Positions 1 through 12,248 are shown, numbered from the stretch's first letter. The stretch: 51,236 nucleotides of DNA from an uncultured Pseudomonadota bacterium (GCA_937898875.1 CALDKM010000013.1:1-51236), one strand, 5' to 3'. Notes: generated by a model not told the origin, from the letters alone. Made by a program: numbers and translations.

Positions 1-552
1 GTCGCCGGCGGCGACGGCGACGGCTACTCGATCGGCGGCAACCACTTCCTGCACGCGTGCCGGCGCAACGTCGACATGACCTACATCGTGATGGACAACC
101 ACGTGTACGGCATGACGAAGGGGCAGCCCTCGCCGACGACCGAGCCGGACTGGGACTCGAAGCTCGCGCCGGGCGGCACCGGCGTGCGCGCGTTCCACCC
201 GCTGGTGATCGCGCTCGCGTCGGGCGCGAACTTCGTCGCGCGCGCGTTCGCCGGCGACCCGAACGGCACCGCGGACATCATCGCGCAGGCGATCCGCCAT
301 CCCGGCTTCTCGTTCGTCGAGATCCTATCGCCGTGCGTGACGTTCCGGCCCGAGCAGCGGAGCTGGAAGGAGCTCGTGCACCCGGCGTCGGTCACCGTCA
401 CCAACGACCCGGCGCGCGCGGCGCGTCGCGTGATGACCGACGACGGATTCAACATCGGCGCGCTGTACGCGGGCGATCGGACGCCGTTCCCGCTCGGGCC
501 ACGCCGCCCGTCCGCCGCGCTCGCCGACCTCGAAGCGGAGTTCGCACCGTGA
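1..552 (+). CDS. 2-oxoacid:ferredoxin oxidoreductase beta subunit (5'-truncated by window edge)
   Basis: Frame open from base 1: VAGGDGDGYSIGGNHFLHACRRNVDMTYIVMDNHVYGMTKGQPSPTT (TPP-binding GDGD...N motif) and later EILSPCVTF. Confidence 0.93.
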   Translation, partial: VAGGDGDGYSIGGNHFLHACRRNVDMTYIVMDNHVYGMTKGQPSPTTEPDWDSKLAPGGTGVRAFHPLVIALASGANFVARAFAGDPNGTADIIAQAIRHPGFSFVEILSPCVTFRPEQRSWKELVHPASVTVTNDPARAARRVMTDDGFNIGALYAGDRTPFPLGPRRPSAALADLEAEFAP

Positions 553-1343
553 CCGCCGCGCGCAGGAAGACAGCAGCGAAGACCGCAGTCGCCCGCAGCA
601 GGACGAAGGCCGCGGAGGCCCGCAAGGTCGCCGCGAAACGGCCGGCGGCGAAGACGACCGCCGGGAAGCCCGCCGCGAGGAAGGTCGCCGTCGGGAATCG
701 CCCGGCGACGAAGCCGGCGGTGAAGAGGCCGGCGGTGAAGAGGCCGGCGGTGAAGAAGCCGGCGACGGGCAAGGCTCCCGCCGGGAAGGCGCCGGCGAAG
801 TCGAAGCCGGTGGCCCGCGCGGTCGCGACCAGGGGCGCGACGTCGTCGATCGGGACGCTGATGACCTACGCGCTGTGGCTCGAGCTCGACGCGGTCGAGC
901 GCTACCGCGAGCTCGCCGACGCGATGGAGATGCACAACAACCGGGACGTCTCCGATCTGTTCCGCAAGATGTCGACGATCGAGGGCAGGCACGCCGACAA
1001 GATCATGAAGCAGATGGGATGGACGAAGGTCCCGCCGCTGCCGCAGGGCGCCGCGCCGTGGCCCGGGTTCGAGAGCCCGGAGACCGTCGCGCACGACGAC
1101 GTCCACTACCTGATGCAGCCGTACCACGCGCTCGCGCTCGCGCTGAAGGGCGAGGAGCGCGCGCACCGGTTCTTCGACACGCTCGCGCGAGCCGCGACGA
1201 CGCCGGCGGTGAAGCGTGCCGCGGTCGAGATGGCGGAGGAGGAGCGCGAGCACGTCGAGCTCGTCCGCGCGTGGATGGCGAAGGTCCCGCGGCCCGACGA
1301 CGACTGGCGCGACGATCCCGATCCGCCGCGCTACACGGACTAG
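549..1343 (+). CDS. Rubrerythrin/ferritin-like di-iron protein with Lys/Ala/Pro-rich N-terminal extension
   Basis: GTG overlaps the upstream TGA (GTGA 549-552). Carboxylate/His pattern ELDAVERY..EGRH..EERAHRFF..EEREH. Start codon uncertain. Confidence 0.82.
   Translation: MTAARRKTAAKTAVARSRTKAAEARKVAAKRPAAKTTAGKPAARKVAVGNRPATKPAVKRPAVKRPAVKKPATGKAPAGKAPAKSKPVARAVATRGATSSIGTLMTYALWLELDAVERYRELADAMEMHNNRDVSDLFRKMSTIEGRHADKIMKQMGWTKVPPLPQGAAPWPGFESPETVAHDDVHYLMQPYHALALALKGEERAHRFFDTLARAATTPAVKRAAVEMAEEEREHVELVRAWMAKVPRPDDDWRDDPDPPRYTD
714..758 (+). repeat. 15-bp tandem repeat x3 encoding PAVKR/PAVKK
   Basis: ccggcggtgaagagg ccggcggtgaagagg ccggcggtgaagaag. Confidence 0.9.
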
Positions 1344-1372
1344 GCCGTACCACTGACTGGAGGGGAGGACCG

Positions 1373-1768
1373 ATGGAAGTGCTGCTGCCGCCCGGCTGGG
1401 CGCCCCCGATCGGCTACGCGAACGGCATCGCGGCGAAGCCCGGCCGGATCGTCTTCATCGCGGGCCAGGTCGGCTGGGACGCGCAGCAGCGCTTCCATTC
1501 GGAGGACGTCGCGCCGCAGTTCGAGCAGGCGCTGAAGAACGTCCTCGAGGTGCTCGCGCAGGCGGGCGGCAGGGCCGAGCACATCTGCCGGATCACGGCG
1601 TTCTGCTGCGACAAGCCCGCGTATCTCGCCGCGCGCCCGGAGCTCGGGCGCATCTGGCGTGCGCAGATGGGCAGGCACTTCCCGGCGATGAGCATGATCT
1701 TCGTGTCCGACCTGCTCGACAACCCGGGCAAGATCGAGCTCGAGGCGACGGCGGTCGTTCCCGGCTGA
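1373..1768 (+). CDS. RidA/YjgF/UK114 family protein
   Basis: GGAGG RBS. PPIGYANG, VFIAGQVG, FPAMS, KIELEATA motifs. Confidence 0.9.
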   Translation: MEVLLPPGWAPPIGYANGIAAKPGRIVFIAGQVGWDAQQRFHSEDVAPQFEQALKNVLEVLAQAGGRAEHICRITAFCCDKPAYLAARPELGRIWRAQMGRHFPAMSMIFVSDLLDNPGKIELEATAVVPG

Positions 1769-1789
1769 CCCCGGGAGGCGGGCCGCGCG

Positions 1790-2476
1790 TCAGTGCTCGG
1801 GACGCGCGAGCTCCGCGAGCGCCTTCGCGTCGAGGACGCGGATGCGCTCGCGGCCGAGCTCGACGTAGCCCCGGTCCTCGAACGAGCGCAGCAGGCGCGT
1901 TACGATCTCGCGTACGCTGCCGAGCTCGTCTGCGATCGCCTGGTGCGTCGCGTGGATCGTCGATTCGTCCCTGTCCCTGCGCACGAGCAGCGCGGCGAGC
2001 CGCTGGTCGAGCTTCTGATAGGTGATCGCCTCGACGAGCGCGAGCAGCGACGCGAGGCGCTCGCCGAACAGCGAGAACACGTATTCGCGGAACGACGAGT
2101 CCTCGACGACGAGCGCGCGGAAGTCGTCGGGCGGGATCACGGCGAGCTCCACGTCGGACTCCGCGGTGCCGGTCGCCGGGTACTGGGTCCGGCCGAGCAG
2201 GCACGACGACGACAGCACGCAGGACTCGCCCGGGCTCACGCGGTAGAGCTGCATCTCGCGACCGTTCGGGTAGCGCTGGACCACGCGGATCCTCCCGGCA
2301 AGGACGAGCGGAAAGCCCGAGCACGGCTGGCGTTCGCCGAACATCTGCGTGCCGGCGGGGACCTGCCGCAGGATCGCGCGCGACGCGATCCGCTCGAGCG
2401 TTCGCCGGCCGGCGAGCGCGAGCGTCGGGAAGGCCGCGCCGATGCGGTCGGCGAGGGCGGCGGCGGGATCGCTCAT
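1790..2476 (-). CDS. Crp/Fnr family transcriptional regulator
   Basis: cNMP-like beta-roll (GREMQLYRVSPGESCVLSSSC) plus C-terminal HTH THQAIADELGSVREIVTRLL. Confidence 0.93.
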   Translation of the reverse strand: MSDPAAALADRIGAAFPTLALAGRRTLERIASRAILRQVPAGTQMFGERQPCSGFPLVLAGRIRVVQRYPNGREMQLYRVSPGESCVLSSSCLLGRTQYPATGTAESDVELAVIPPDDFRALVVEDSSFREYVFSLFGERLASLLALVEAITYQKLDQRLAALLVRRDRDESTIHATHQAIADELGSVREIVTRLLRSFEDRGYVELGRERIRVLDAKALAELARPEH

Positions 2477-2559
2477 GGCGGGCTCGGGTGTCGGGCGGGA
2501 CCGGCTGGGGATCGAGGATTCTACAATCAGGTCCCGCGCCCGATGCGCGGACACCGCGC

Positions 2560-3219
2560 ATGGACCTCTCCCGACTCGCCCTGCCCGACGCGTGGACGCT
2601 CGCCTCGTGGATCGTCGCGCTGCCGCTCCTGGCGCTGGCCGCCTGTAAGGTCCGTTGGCGTGAGGTCGCATCCGGGCCGGCCGCGCAGGTCTGGCCCGCG
2701 GCCCTCGCCGCGCTCGTCGCGCTCTGGAGCATCCGCGGCAGCGTCGAGCCGCACTTCGCGTTCCACCTGTCGGGCATCGCCGCGCTGGCGCTCGCGAGCG
2801 GGCCGTGGCTCGCGCTGGTCGGCGGCGCCGTCGTCGTGGCGGTGACGCTCGCGCTCGGCGGCGCGCCCTGGGCGAACGCGGGGATCGCGTGGCTCGCCGG
2901 CGTCGCGCTGCCCGCCGGCGTCGTGCTCGCGGTCCTGGCGACGACCCGGCGCCTGCTTCCCCCCAACTTCTTCGTCTATGCGATCGTCGTCGCGTTCTTC
3001 GGCGGGGCGGCCTCGTACCTCGCCACCGGCATGGCGGGCGCCGCGGTGCTGGTCGGCGCCCTGGGCGTCCCCGCGGGTCTCGCGTTCGGCGACTACCTGA
3101 TCTACGTCGGGACGCTCGCATTCGGCGAGGCGACCCTGACCGGCATGCTGATCTCGCTGGGCGCCGTCTACCGACCCGCCTGGGTCGCGACGTTCGACGC
3201 GGACCGCTATTTCGGCTGA
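2560..3219 (+). CDS. Energy-coupling-factor S-component-like membrane protein (CbiM/NikM-related)
   Basis: About 6 hydrophobic helices, with FHLSG, LPPNFFVY, FGEATLTG and YRPAWVATFD motifs typical of this proteobacterial family. Confidence 0.75.
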   Translation: MDLSRLALPDAWTLASWIVALPLLALAACKVRWREVASGPAAQVWPAALAALVALWSIRGSVEPHFAFHLSGIAALALASGPWLALVGGAVVVAVTLALGGAPWANAGIAWLAGVALPAGVVLAVLATTRRLLPPNFFVYAIVVAFFGGAASYLATGMAGAAVLVGALGVPAGLAFGDYLIYVGTLAFGEATLTGMLISLGAVYRPAWVATFDADRYFG

Positions 3220-3298
3220 CCGGGGGGCAGCGCCCGGTGCGAATCCGGGGTAGGGATCGCGAGGAACGACCTCGCGGCGCCCGGGCAGGGGGGCACAA

Positions 3299-3341
3299 TG
3301 TGATTCAGGTCACGGAATCCACGGCGTGTCGCCCCTACAGT
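3299..3341 (+). promoter_or_regulatory. CRP-type site with -10 element (class II geometry) upstream of the sqr/RND operon
   Basis: TGTGA-ttcagg-TCACG at 3299-3314 and TACAGT at 3336-3341, placing the site centre at about -41.5. Confidence 0.7.
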
Positions 3342-3375
3342 GGCCCCCTGGCCGGTCAATCACTCGGAGGTCGTC

Positions 3376-3573
3376 ATGGAAGCGAACGTCGGTGGAATCG
3401 ACCGCACGGTCCGGATCGTCGCGGGCATCGTGCTGCTGTCGCTGTTCTTCGTGCTCGAGGGCAATGCGCGCTGGTGGGGTCTCCTCGGGGTCGGATTGCT
3501 CGCGACGGGCCTGCTGCGCTTCTGCCCGGCCTACCTGCCGTTCGGCATCCGGACCTGCCCGTCGAAGAAGTAG
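3376..3573 (+). CDS. DUF2892 / YgaP-like small membrane protein
   Basis: GGAGG RBS. NVGGIDRTVR...two TM helices...FCPAYLPFGIRTC. Confidence 0.9.
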   Translation: MEANVGGIDRTVRIVAGIVLLSLFFVLEGNARWWGLLGVGLLATGLLRFCPAYLPFGIRTCPSKK

Positions 3574-3580
3574 TTCGCCG

Positions 3581-4603
3581 ATGAGACGTCCGGCCGTCCT
3601 CGCCGCACTCGCCTTCGCGCTTGCCGGATCGGCGGGCGCGCAGGCGCCGGCGCTCGACACGATCAAGGTCGCGCCGCGCGAGTTCGCGCTGGCCGTCGCC
3701 GCCGAGGCGACGATCGAGGCGGTGAAACAGGCGACGCTGGGCGCCCAGGTCGCGGGGCGCATCGTCGAGTTGCCGGTCAAGGCGGGCGACGCCGTGCGCG
3801 CGGGCCAGGTCCTCGCGCGCATCGACGCGCGCGCCGCGGATGCCGCGGTCGCGGGCAGCCGCTCCCAACAGGCCGAGGCCGAGGCCAACCTCGCGAACGC
3901 GAAGCGCGTCCACGAGCGGAACAAGGCGCTCGTCGCGCAGAAGTTCGTGAGCCAGGCGGCCGTCGACCAGTCCGAGTCCGCCTACCAGGCTGCGCTCGCG
4001 CAGGTCGAGGTGGTCCGGGCGAACGCCGGCTCCGCCGTCGTCGCGCGCGACTGGACGACGATCGTCGCCCCCTACGCCGGCGTCGTCGGCGAGACGCTCG
4101 CCGATCTGGGCGACATGGCGACGCCGGGCAAGGCGATCGTCACGGTGTTCGATCCGCGCGAGATGCGCGCGGTCGCGTACGTCCCGCAGGCCACCCTCGG
4201 GAAGGCGAAGCTCGACGGCGCGCGCGTCGACCTGCCCGCGCTCGCGACGACGGTGAAACCCGTCCGCGCGACTGTGATCCCGCTCGCCGATGCGAAGAGT
4301 CACACGACGCGCGTGCGCTTCGACCTCCCGCCGACCGAAGGGCTCGTGCCGGGGCAGTACGCGCGCGTCCGCCTGCCGGTGGGCGTCGCGACGATGCTCG
4401 CGGTGCCCGAGTCGGCGCTCGTCCGGCGCGGCGAGGTGACCGGCGTGTACGTGATCGACGACAAGGGCGCTCCCCGGCTCCGGCAGCTGCGGACGGGGGA
4501 GCGCGTGGGCGACGGCGAGATCGAAGTGCTCGCCGGGTTGAGCGGCGGCGAGACGATCGCCGCGAACCCGGTGGCCGCAGGGATGCGAACGGCGGCGCGC
4601 TGA
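3581..4603 (+). CDS. RND efflux periplasmic adaptor (membrane fusion protein)
   Basis: Signal peptide, lipoyl-like VAGRIVELPVKAGDAVRAGQVL, alpha-hairpin, APYAGVV, GLSGGETI. Confidence 0.92.
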   Translation: MRRPAVLAALAFALAGSAGAQAPALDTIKVAPREFALAVAAEATIEAVKQATLGAQVAGRIVELPVKAGDAVRAGQVLARIDARAADAAVAGSRSQQAEAEANLANAKRVHERNKALVAQKFVSQAAVDQSESAYQAALAQVEVVRANAGSAVVARDWTTIVAPYAGVVGETLADLGDMATPGKAIVTVFDPREMRAVAYVPQATLGKAKLDGARVDLPALATTVKPVRATVIPLADAKSHTTRVRFDLPPTEGLVPGQYARVRLPVGVATMLAVPESALVRRGEVTGVYVIDDKGAPRLRQLRTGERVGDGEIEVLAGLSGGETIAANPVAAGMRTAAR

Positions 4604-4638
4604 AGCCGCTTCATTGATTCGCCACAAGGAGGAGAGCC

Positions 4639-5922
4639 ATGGCGCACGTCGTGATCCTGGGAGCGGGCCTCGGAGGCATGCCGATGGCCTACGAGATGAA
4701 GCAGGCGATGCGCAAGGACGACCGGCTGACGGTCGTCGGCAACGGGCCGAACTTCCACTTCGTTCCTTCGAACCCGTGGGTCGCGGTCGGCTGGCGGACG
4801 CGCGGCGACATCGAGTTCCCCGCCGGAGCGCCGCTGGCGAAGCGCGGCATCGCGTTCGAGCCCGCCGGGGCGAAGCGCGTGCATCCGGCCGAGAACCGCG
4901 TCGAGCTCTCCGACGGCCGCTTCCTCGATTACGACTACCTGGTGATCGCGACCGGGCCGAAGCTCGCGTTCGACGAGGTCGAGGGACTGGGCCCGAACGG
5001 ACACACGCATTCGATCTGTCACGTCGACCACGCCGTGAAGGCGGAGGGCGCGTGGCAGTCGTTCGTCAAGGATCCGGGCCCCGTCGTCGTGGGCGCGGTG
5101 CAGGGCGCCTCGTGCTTCGGTCCCGCCTACGAGTTCGCGTTCATCATGGACACGGACCTGCGCCGCAGGAAGCTGCGCGATCGCGTCCCGATGACCCTCG
5201 TGACCTCGGAGCCCTATATCGGCCACCTGGGCCTCGGCGGCGTCGGCGACTCGAAGACGATGCTCGAGTCGGCGCTGCGCGAGCGGCACATCAAGTGGAT
5301 CTGCAACGCGAAGGTGACGAAGGTCGAGGCCGGCACGATGCACGTCACCGAGCACGACGAGGAAGGGAAGCCGAAGAAGGAGCATGCGCTTCCGTTCAGG
5401 CACTCGATGATGCTGCCGGCGTTCAAGGGCATCGACGCGGTCGCCGGCATCGAGGGGCTCACCAACCCGCGCGGCTTCATCCTGATCGACGCGCACCAGC
5501 GCAACCCGAAGTATCCGAACATCTACGCCGTGGGCGTGTGCGTCGCGATCCCGCCGGTCGAGGCGACGCCGGTGCCGACCGGCGCGCCGAAGACCGGATA
5601 CATGATCGAGTCGATGGTGACGGCGACCGCGAAGAACATCGGGGCCGCGCTCGCCGGCCGCGCGCCCGCCGAGAAGGCGACGTGGAACGCGCTGTGCCTC
5701 GCCGACATGGGCGACACCGGCATCGCATTCGTCGCGCTGCCGCAGATCCCGCCGCGCAACGTGAACTGGTTCTCCGAAGGCAAGTGGGTGCACTACGCGA
5801 AGGTCGCGTTCGAGAAGTACTTCATCCGGAAGATGAAGAAGGGCACCTCGGAGCCGTTCTACGAGAAGTTCGTGCTGAAGGCGATCGGCGTGGTCCGGCT
5901 GAAGGACAGTCCGAAGGGCTGA
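4639..5922 (+). CDS. sqr: Sulfide:quinone oxidoreductase (type I, SqrA-like)
   Basis: AAGGAGGAG RBS. FAD-binding GAGLGG, the three conserved Cys (SICH, SCFGPAYE, CLADMG) and KTGYMIESM. Confidence 0.93.
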   Translation: MAHVVILGAGLGGMPMAYEMKQAMRKDDRLTVVGNGPNFHFVPSNPWVAVGWRTRGDIEFPAGAPLAKRGIAFEPAGAKRVHPAENRVELSDGRFLDYDYLVIATGPKLAFDEVEGLGPNGHTHSICHVDHAVKAEGAWQSFVKDPGPVVVGAVQGASCFGPAYEFAFIMDTDLRRRKLRDRVPMTLVTSEPYIGHLGLGGVGDSKTMLESALRERHIKWICNAKVTKVEAGTMHVTEHDEEGKPKKEHALPFRHSMMLPAFKGIDAVAGIEGLTNPRGFILIDAHQRNPKYPNIYAVGVCVAIPPVEATPVPTGAPKTGYMIESMVTATAKNIGAALAGRAPAEKATWNALCLADMGDTGIAFVALPQIPPRNVNWFSEGKWVHYAKVAFEKYFIRKMKKGTSEPFYEKFVLKAIGVVRLKDSPKG

Positions 5923-5929
5923 CCTCCGC

Positions 5930-9154
<3,225 letters not shown>

Positions 9155-9198
9155 CCGCGCCCATCGTCCTTCGTCAACCGCTGCACCAGGGAGTTCTC

Positions 9199-9417
9199 AT
9201 GACCACCGAACGTTACATCCGCGTCCTCGCCGGCCTCGTCGTTCTCCTGTCGCTCGCGCTCGGCGCGCAGGCGAGCCCGCTCTTCGTCAGCGCGAACTGG
9301 CTGTGGCTCACCGCCTTCGCGGGCGTGAACATGCTCCAGAGCGGGTACACGCGCTTCTGCCTGCCGGAGATCGTCCTGCGCAGGCTCGGCGTGCCGTCGG
9401 GCTCGTGCAGCCGGTAG
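9199..9417 (+). CDS. DUF2892 / YgaP-like small membrane protein (second type)
   Basis: MTTERYIRVLAG...WLWLTAFAGVNMLQSGYTRFCLPEIVLRRLG. Confidence 0.88.
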   Translation: MTTERYIRVLAGLVVLLSLALGAQASPLFVSANWLWLTAFAGVNMLQSGYTRFCLPEIVLRRLGVPSGSCSR

Positions 9418-9442
9418 CACCGCCGCGGCGGCAACCCGCCCG

Positions 9443-10339
9443 TCACGCCGGCGGGGGCGACCCGTCGTCGAGCCGGTCGCCCAACCGGGTGGCCAGTCGC
9501 GCGAGATCGGCGCGCAGCGCCCGCAACTCGGCGTGCATCTCGGCGCGGACCCGGAGTTCCTCGGCGTCGAGCAGGCGTGCGATGTCGGCATGGAGCGACA
9601 CGATCTCGCGGTGCAGGTCCGAGCGCAGCGCGGCCTCCTCGCGCCCGAGGAACATCGCGACGATGTTCGCGGTGAACAGCGACAGCAGCGCCCAGCCGAT
9701 CAGGACCGCGACGATCGCCACGATGCGCGACGCTGTCGTAGTCGGGTAGACGTCGCCGTACCCGACGGTCGCCCCGGTGACGAACGCGAGCCACATGCCG
9801 TCCCAGAAGGTGGCGATCTTCGGGTCGAGCACGTAGAACAACGCGCCGGTCACGAGCGTTGCCAGGAAGGCGGCCCCCGCGAGGAGCGGAGCGCCGCGCC
9901 GCGTGAACAGCACGCGCATCTCGGCGACGGCGCGGATCATGATGAGCCCCGCGACGGCGACGCGGGCGATGCGGACCAGCGCGAAGCCTTCGGTGGCCGC
10001 GCCGAACAGGGCGGCGCCCGCGCCGAGGATCACGACGACGTTGAGCCAGTTGCCGGCGAGGTAGCGGAACGGTTCGCGAGTCAGGCGCAGCATCCACGCG
10101 AGCTCGAGCGCGAACGCGAGGACGATGAACGCGTCGATGGCGGTCGCGGCGCGATGCCACACCGCGTCCGGCTCGGCCGAGTCGAAGATGTACGCGGGGA
10201 CCGACAGCAGCGCCACGGCGACCATCGGCCAGTGCAGGCGCCGCTGCCACTCGCGCGCGGCCGGCGCATCGTCCGGGCTGGTGCCGGCGAGACCGATCCA
10301 GGCGAGCGGTTCGCGTGGGCCTGCGGGACGCTCGGACAT
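9443..10339 (-). CDS. Potassium channel family protein (6TM-like) with C-terminal coiled coil
   Basis: Selectivity filter TVGYGD and Arg-containing S4-like segment LVRIARVAV. Confidence 0.9.
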   Translation of the reverse strand: MSERPAGPREPLAWIGLAGTSPDDAPAAREWQRRLHWPMVAVALLSVPAYIFDSAEPDAVWHRAATAIDAFIVLAFALELAWMLRLTREPFRYLAGNWLNVVVILGAGAALFGAATEGFALVRIARVAVAGLIMIRAVAEMRVLFTRRGAPLLAGAAFLATLVTGALFYVLDPKIATFWDGMWLAFVTGATVGYGDVYPTTTASRIVAIVAVLIGWALLSLFTANIVAMFLGREEAALRSDLHREIVSLHADIARLLDAEELRVRAEMHAELRALRADLARLATRLGDRLDDGSPPPA

Positions 10340-10345
10340 CGGACC

Positions 10346-10386
10346 ATGCTAGCCCGCCGGCCGGACACGGCATTGACGGCCGTCAA
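10346..10386 (-). promoter_or_regulatory. FNR-type box plus -10 upstream of K+ channel gene
   Basis: Perfect palindrome TTGAC-ggcc-GTCAA at 10373-10386 and minus-strand TAGCAT at 10346-10351. Confidence 0.65.
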
Positions 10387-12194
10387 GGCGTCGGACGGCC
10401 CTCGGCAGGAGGTTCGCCGCCGCCGAGCCACACGGCTGCGCGCACGAGGGATCGGCTCTCGAGCGTGCGCATCCGCGCGGCGAGGTCCTCGTGGCGCGCC
10501 CTGAGCGATGCGAGCTCGGCCGTGCGCAGCTCGAGCTGCTCCTCGAGGCCCGCCGTGCGGACCGCCGAGTCGGTGATCGCGTCGGCCATCCGATCGGCCT
10601 CGGCCGACAGGTCGGCCGTACGCCGTTCGCGTTCCTCGATCGCGGTGCGTAGCTCGTCGGCGGCGCGAGCCAGCGAGGCCTCGCGCTCGGCCAGGCGCTC
10701 GCCGCTCTCGCGCCTCAGGCGTTCGAGCGCGCGCAACGCGTCGTCGCGCTCGAACCGCAGCGTGTCGCCTTCGCGGCGCAGCGCCTCGATCTCGTTGCGG
10801 AGATCGGCTTCGCGCACGCGCAGCCCGTCGGCCTCGGCGGCGAGCCGCGCGCAGTAGTCCTCGCGCGCGACGAGGGCGGCGCGCGTCTCTTCGATCTCGA
10901 CGGCGAAGCGCTCGAGATGGTGGCGCGCCGACTCGAACCGGTGCGCGTGGCCGTCGGCCTCGCGGCGCGCCGCCTCCAGCGCGTCGGCGAGCCTGGCGAT
11001 CGAGGCACGCTCGTCGGCAAGCTCGCGCTGAGCCTGGCCGAGTTCGGCGCGCAGTCCGGCTTCCGCCCGCGGGACCTCGGCCAGCGAGGCGGTGATGCGC
11101 GCGAGCTCGCCGCGCGCCGACGCGAGCTCCGCCGTCAGGTGGTCGCGCTCGCGCGCCTGGTCCGCGCGCAGCGCCTCGAGCCGGGCGGTCATCGCTTCGC
11201 GCTCGCGCGCCTGGTCGGTGCGCAGGGCCTCGAGCTGCCCGGTCAGCCCTTCGCGCTCGCGCGCCTGCTCGGTACGCATCCCTTCCACCTGGGCGGCGAG
11301 GGCGCGCGCGTCGCGCGGGGCCGCGGCGAGGTCCCGGGCCGCTCGCTCGGCCCGAGCGGCGTGGCCGGCGGCCATGTCGGCGAGCGTCTGCATGCGCGTG
11401 CGGTCGGCCTCGATCTCCTGCGCCAGCCACGGAGGGATCGCGCTCTGGACCGCCGGCCGTGCGGCGAGCGCCAGCGCGTCGACCGAGCGCTTGAGCTCGC
11501 CCGAGACGGTGGACGAGAGCCTCCGGTAGCCTGCGTCGAGCGCGGCGTCGAGTCCCGAGCCCAGCCCGAGCGGCGGCGGGACGAGGGCGGGCTGCTTCGC
11601 GCCGGGCGGCGCCTTCGCGGCGACCGCAGCCGGGGGAAAGCGCGTTGCCTGCGCGAGGCGTTTCATGCCGGAGGCGGGGTCGGCGAGGAACGTCTCCTCG
11701 GTGACGACGGTGCGCGCGGCCCCGCGCGTCGCCTGCTCGAACTCGACCAGGTGCGCGAGCCACAGCGCCAGCGACTTCTCCGGCGCGAACTGGCGGCGGC
11801 GGGCGAGTGCCGCCGCGGCGCTGCCCGGATGCGTGAGCCACAGTACCGTCGAGAACGCCCGCTCGGCCGCCTCGGCGCGTTCGCGCCACATCGCGACGAT
11901 TCGCGTCGCGAGCGGCTCGGCCACCAGCAGCGGGGCATCCGAGGGCATGCGCTCGAGGAAGACGTCGATCGCCGCCCTGGCGGCATCGAGACCGGGAGCC
12001 CTCGCGAGGCGTGCGGGCATCGGCGCGAGCGAGTCCCAGCGCATGCCGCAGGCGGCCAGCGCGTGCTGGGACACGCCGGCCGGGTCGCCCGCTGGGGGGC
12101 CGGCCAGCGCGGCGCCCGCGCGGACGAGCGCGTCGGAGAGCGCGGACGTGCCGCTCTCGGGCACTCCAAGCAGCAGGAGGACCGGGGAAGCCAT
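10383..12194 (-). CDS. Sulfotransferase-like P-loop domain fused to a long coiled coil
   Basis: N-terminal LLLLGVPESGTSAL resembles the GxxRSGTS PAPS-binding loop. SLALWLAH motif, then a long E/R/A/L heptad region. Confidence 0.7.
   Translation of the reverse strand: MASPVLLLLGVPESGTSALSDALVRAGAALAGPPAGDPAGVSQHALAACGMRWDSLAPMPARLARAPGLDAARAAIDVFLERMPSDAPLLVAEPLATRIVAMWRERAEAAERAFSTVLWLTHPGSAAAALARRRQFAPEKSLALWLAHLVEFEQATRGAARTVVTEETFLADPASGMKRLAQATRFPPAAVAAKAPPGAKQPALVPPPLGLGSGLDAALDAGYRRLSSTVSGELKRSVDALALAARPAVQSAIPPWLAQEIEADRTRMQTLADMAAGHAARAERAARDLAAAPRDARALAAQVEGMRTEQAREREGLTGQLEALRTDQAREREAMTARLEALRADQARERDHLTAELASARGELARITASLAEVPRAEAGLRAELGQAQRELADERASIARLADALEAARREADGHAHRFESARHHLERFAVEIEETRAALVAREDYCARLAAEADGLRVREADLRNEIEALRREGDTLRFERDDALRALERLRRESGERLAEREASLARAADELRTAIEERERRTADLSAEADRMADAITDSAVRTAGLEEQLELRTAELASLRARHEDLAARMRTLESRSLVRAAVWLGGGEPPAEGRPTP
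11125..11280 (-). repeat. 54-bp (18-aa) imperfect tandem repeat x3 in the coiled coil
   Basis: tcgcgctcgcgcgcctg recurs at 11143, 11197 and 11251. Protein: EQAREREGLTGQLEALRT/DQAREREAMTARLEALRA/DQARERDHLTAELASARG. Confidence 0.85.
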
Positions 12195-12248
12195 GGATGG
12201 CACCGGTGTCGCAAGGCGCGTGCCAGCCGCCGCCCGGGCTGGGCGGAG

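Noticed and set aside
2477-2559. Cobalamin riboswitch ahead of the CbiM-like gene
   Set aside because: The gap is too short and no B12-box is present.
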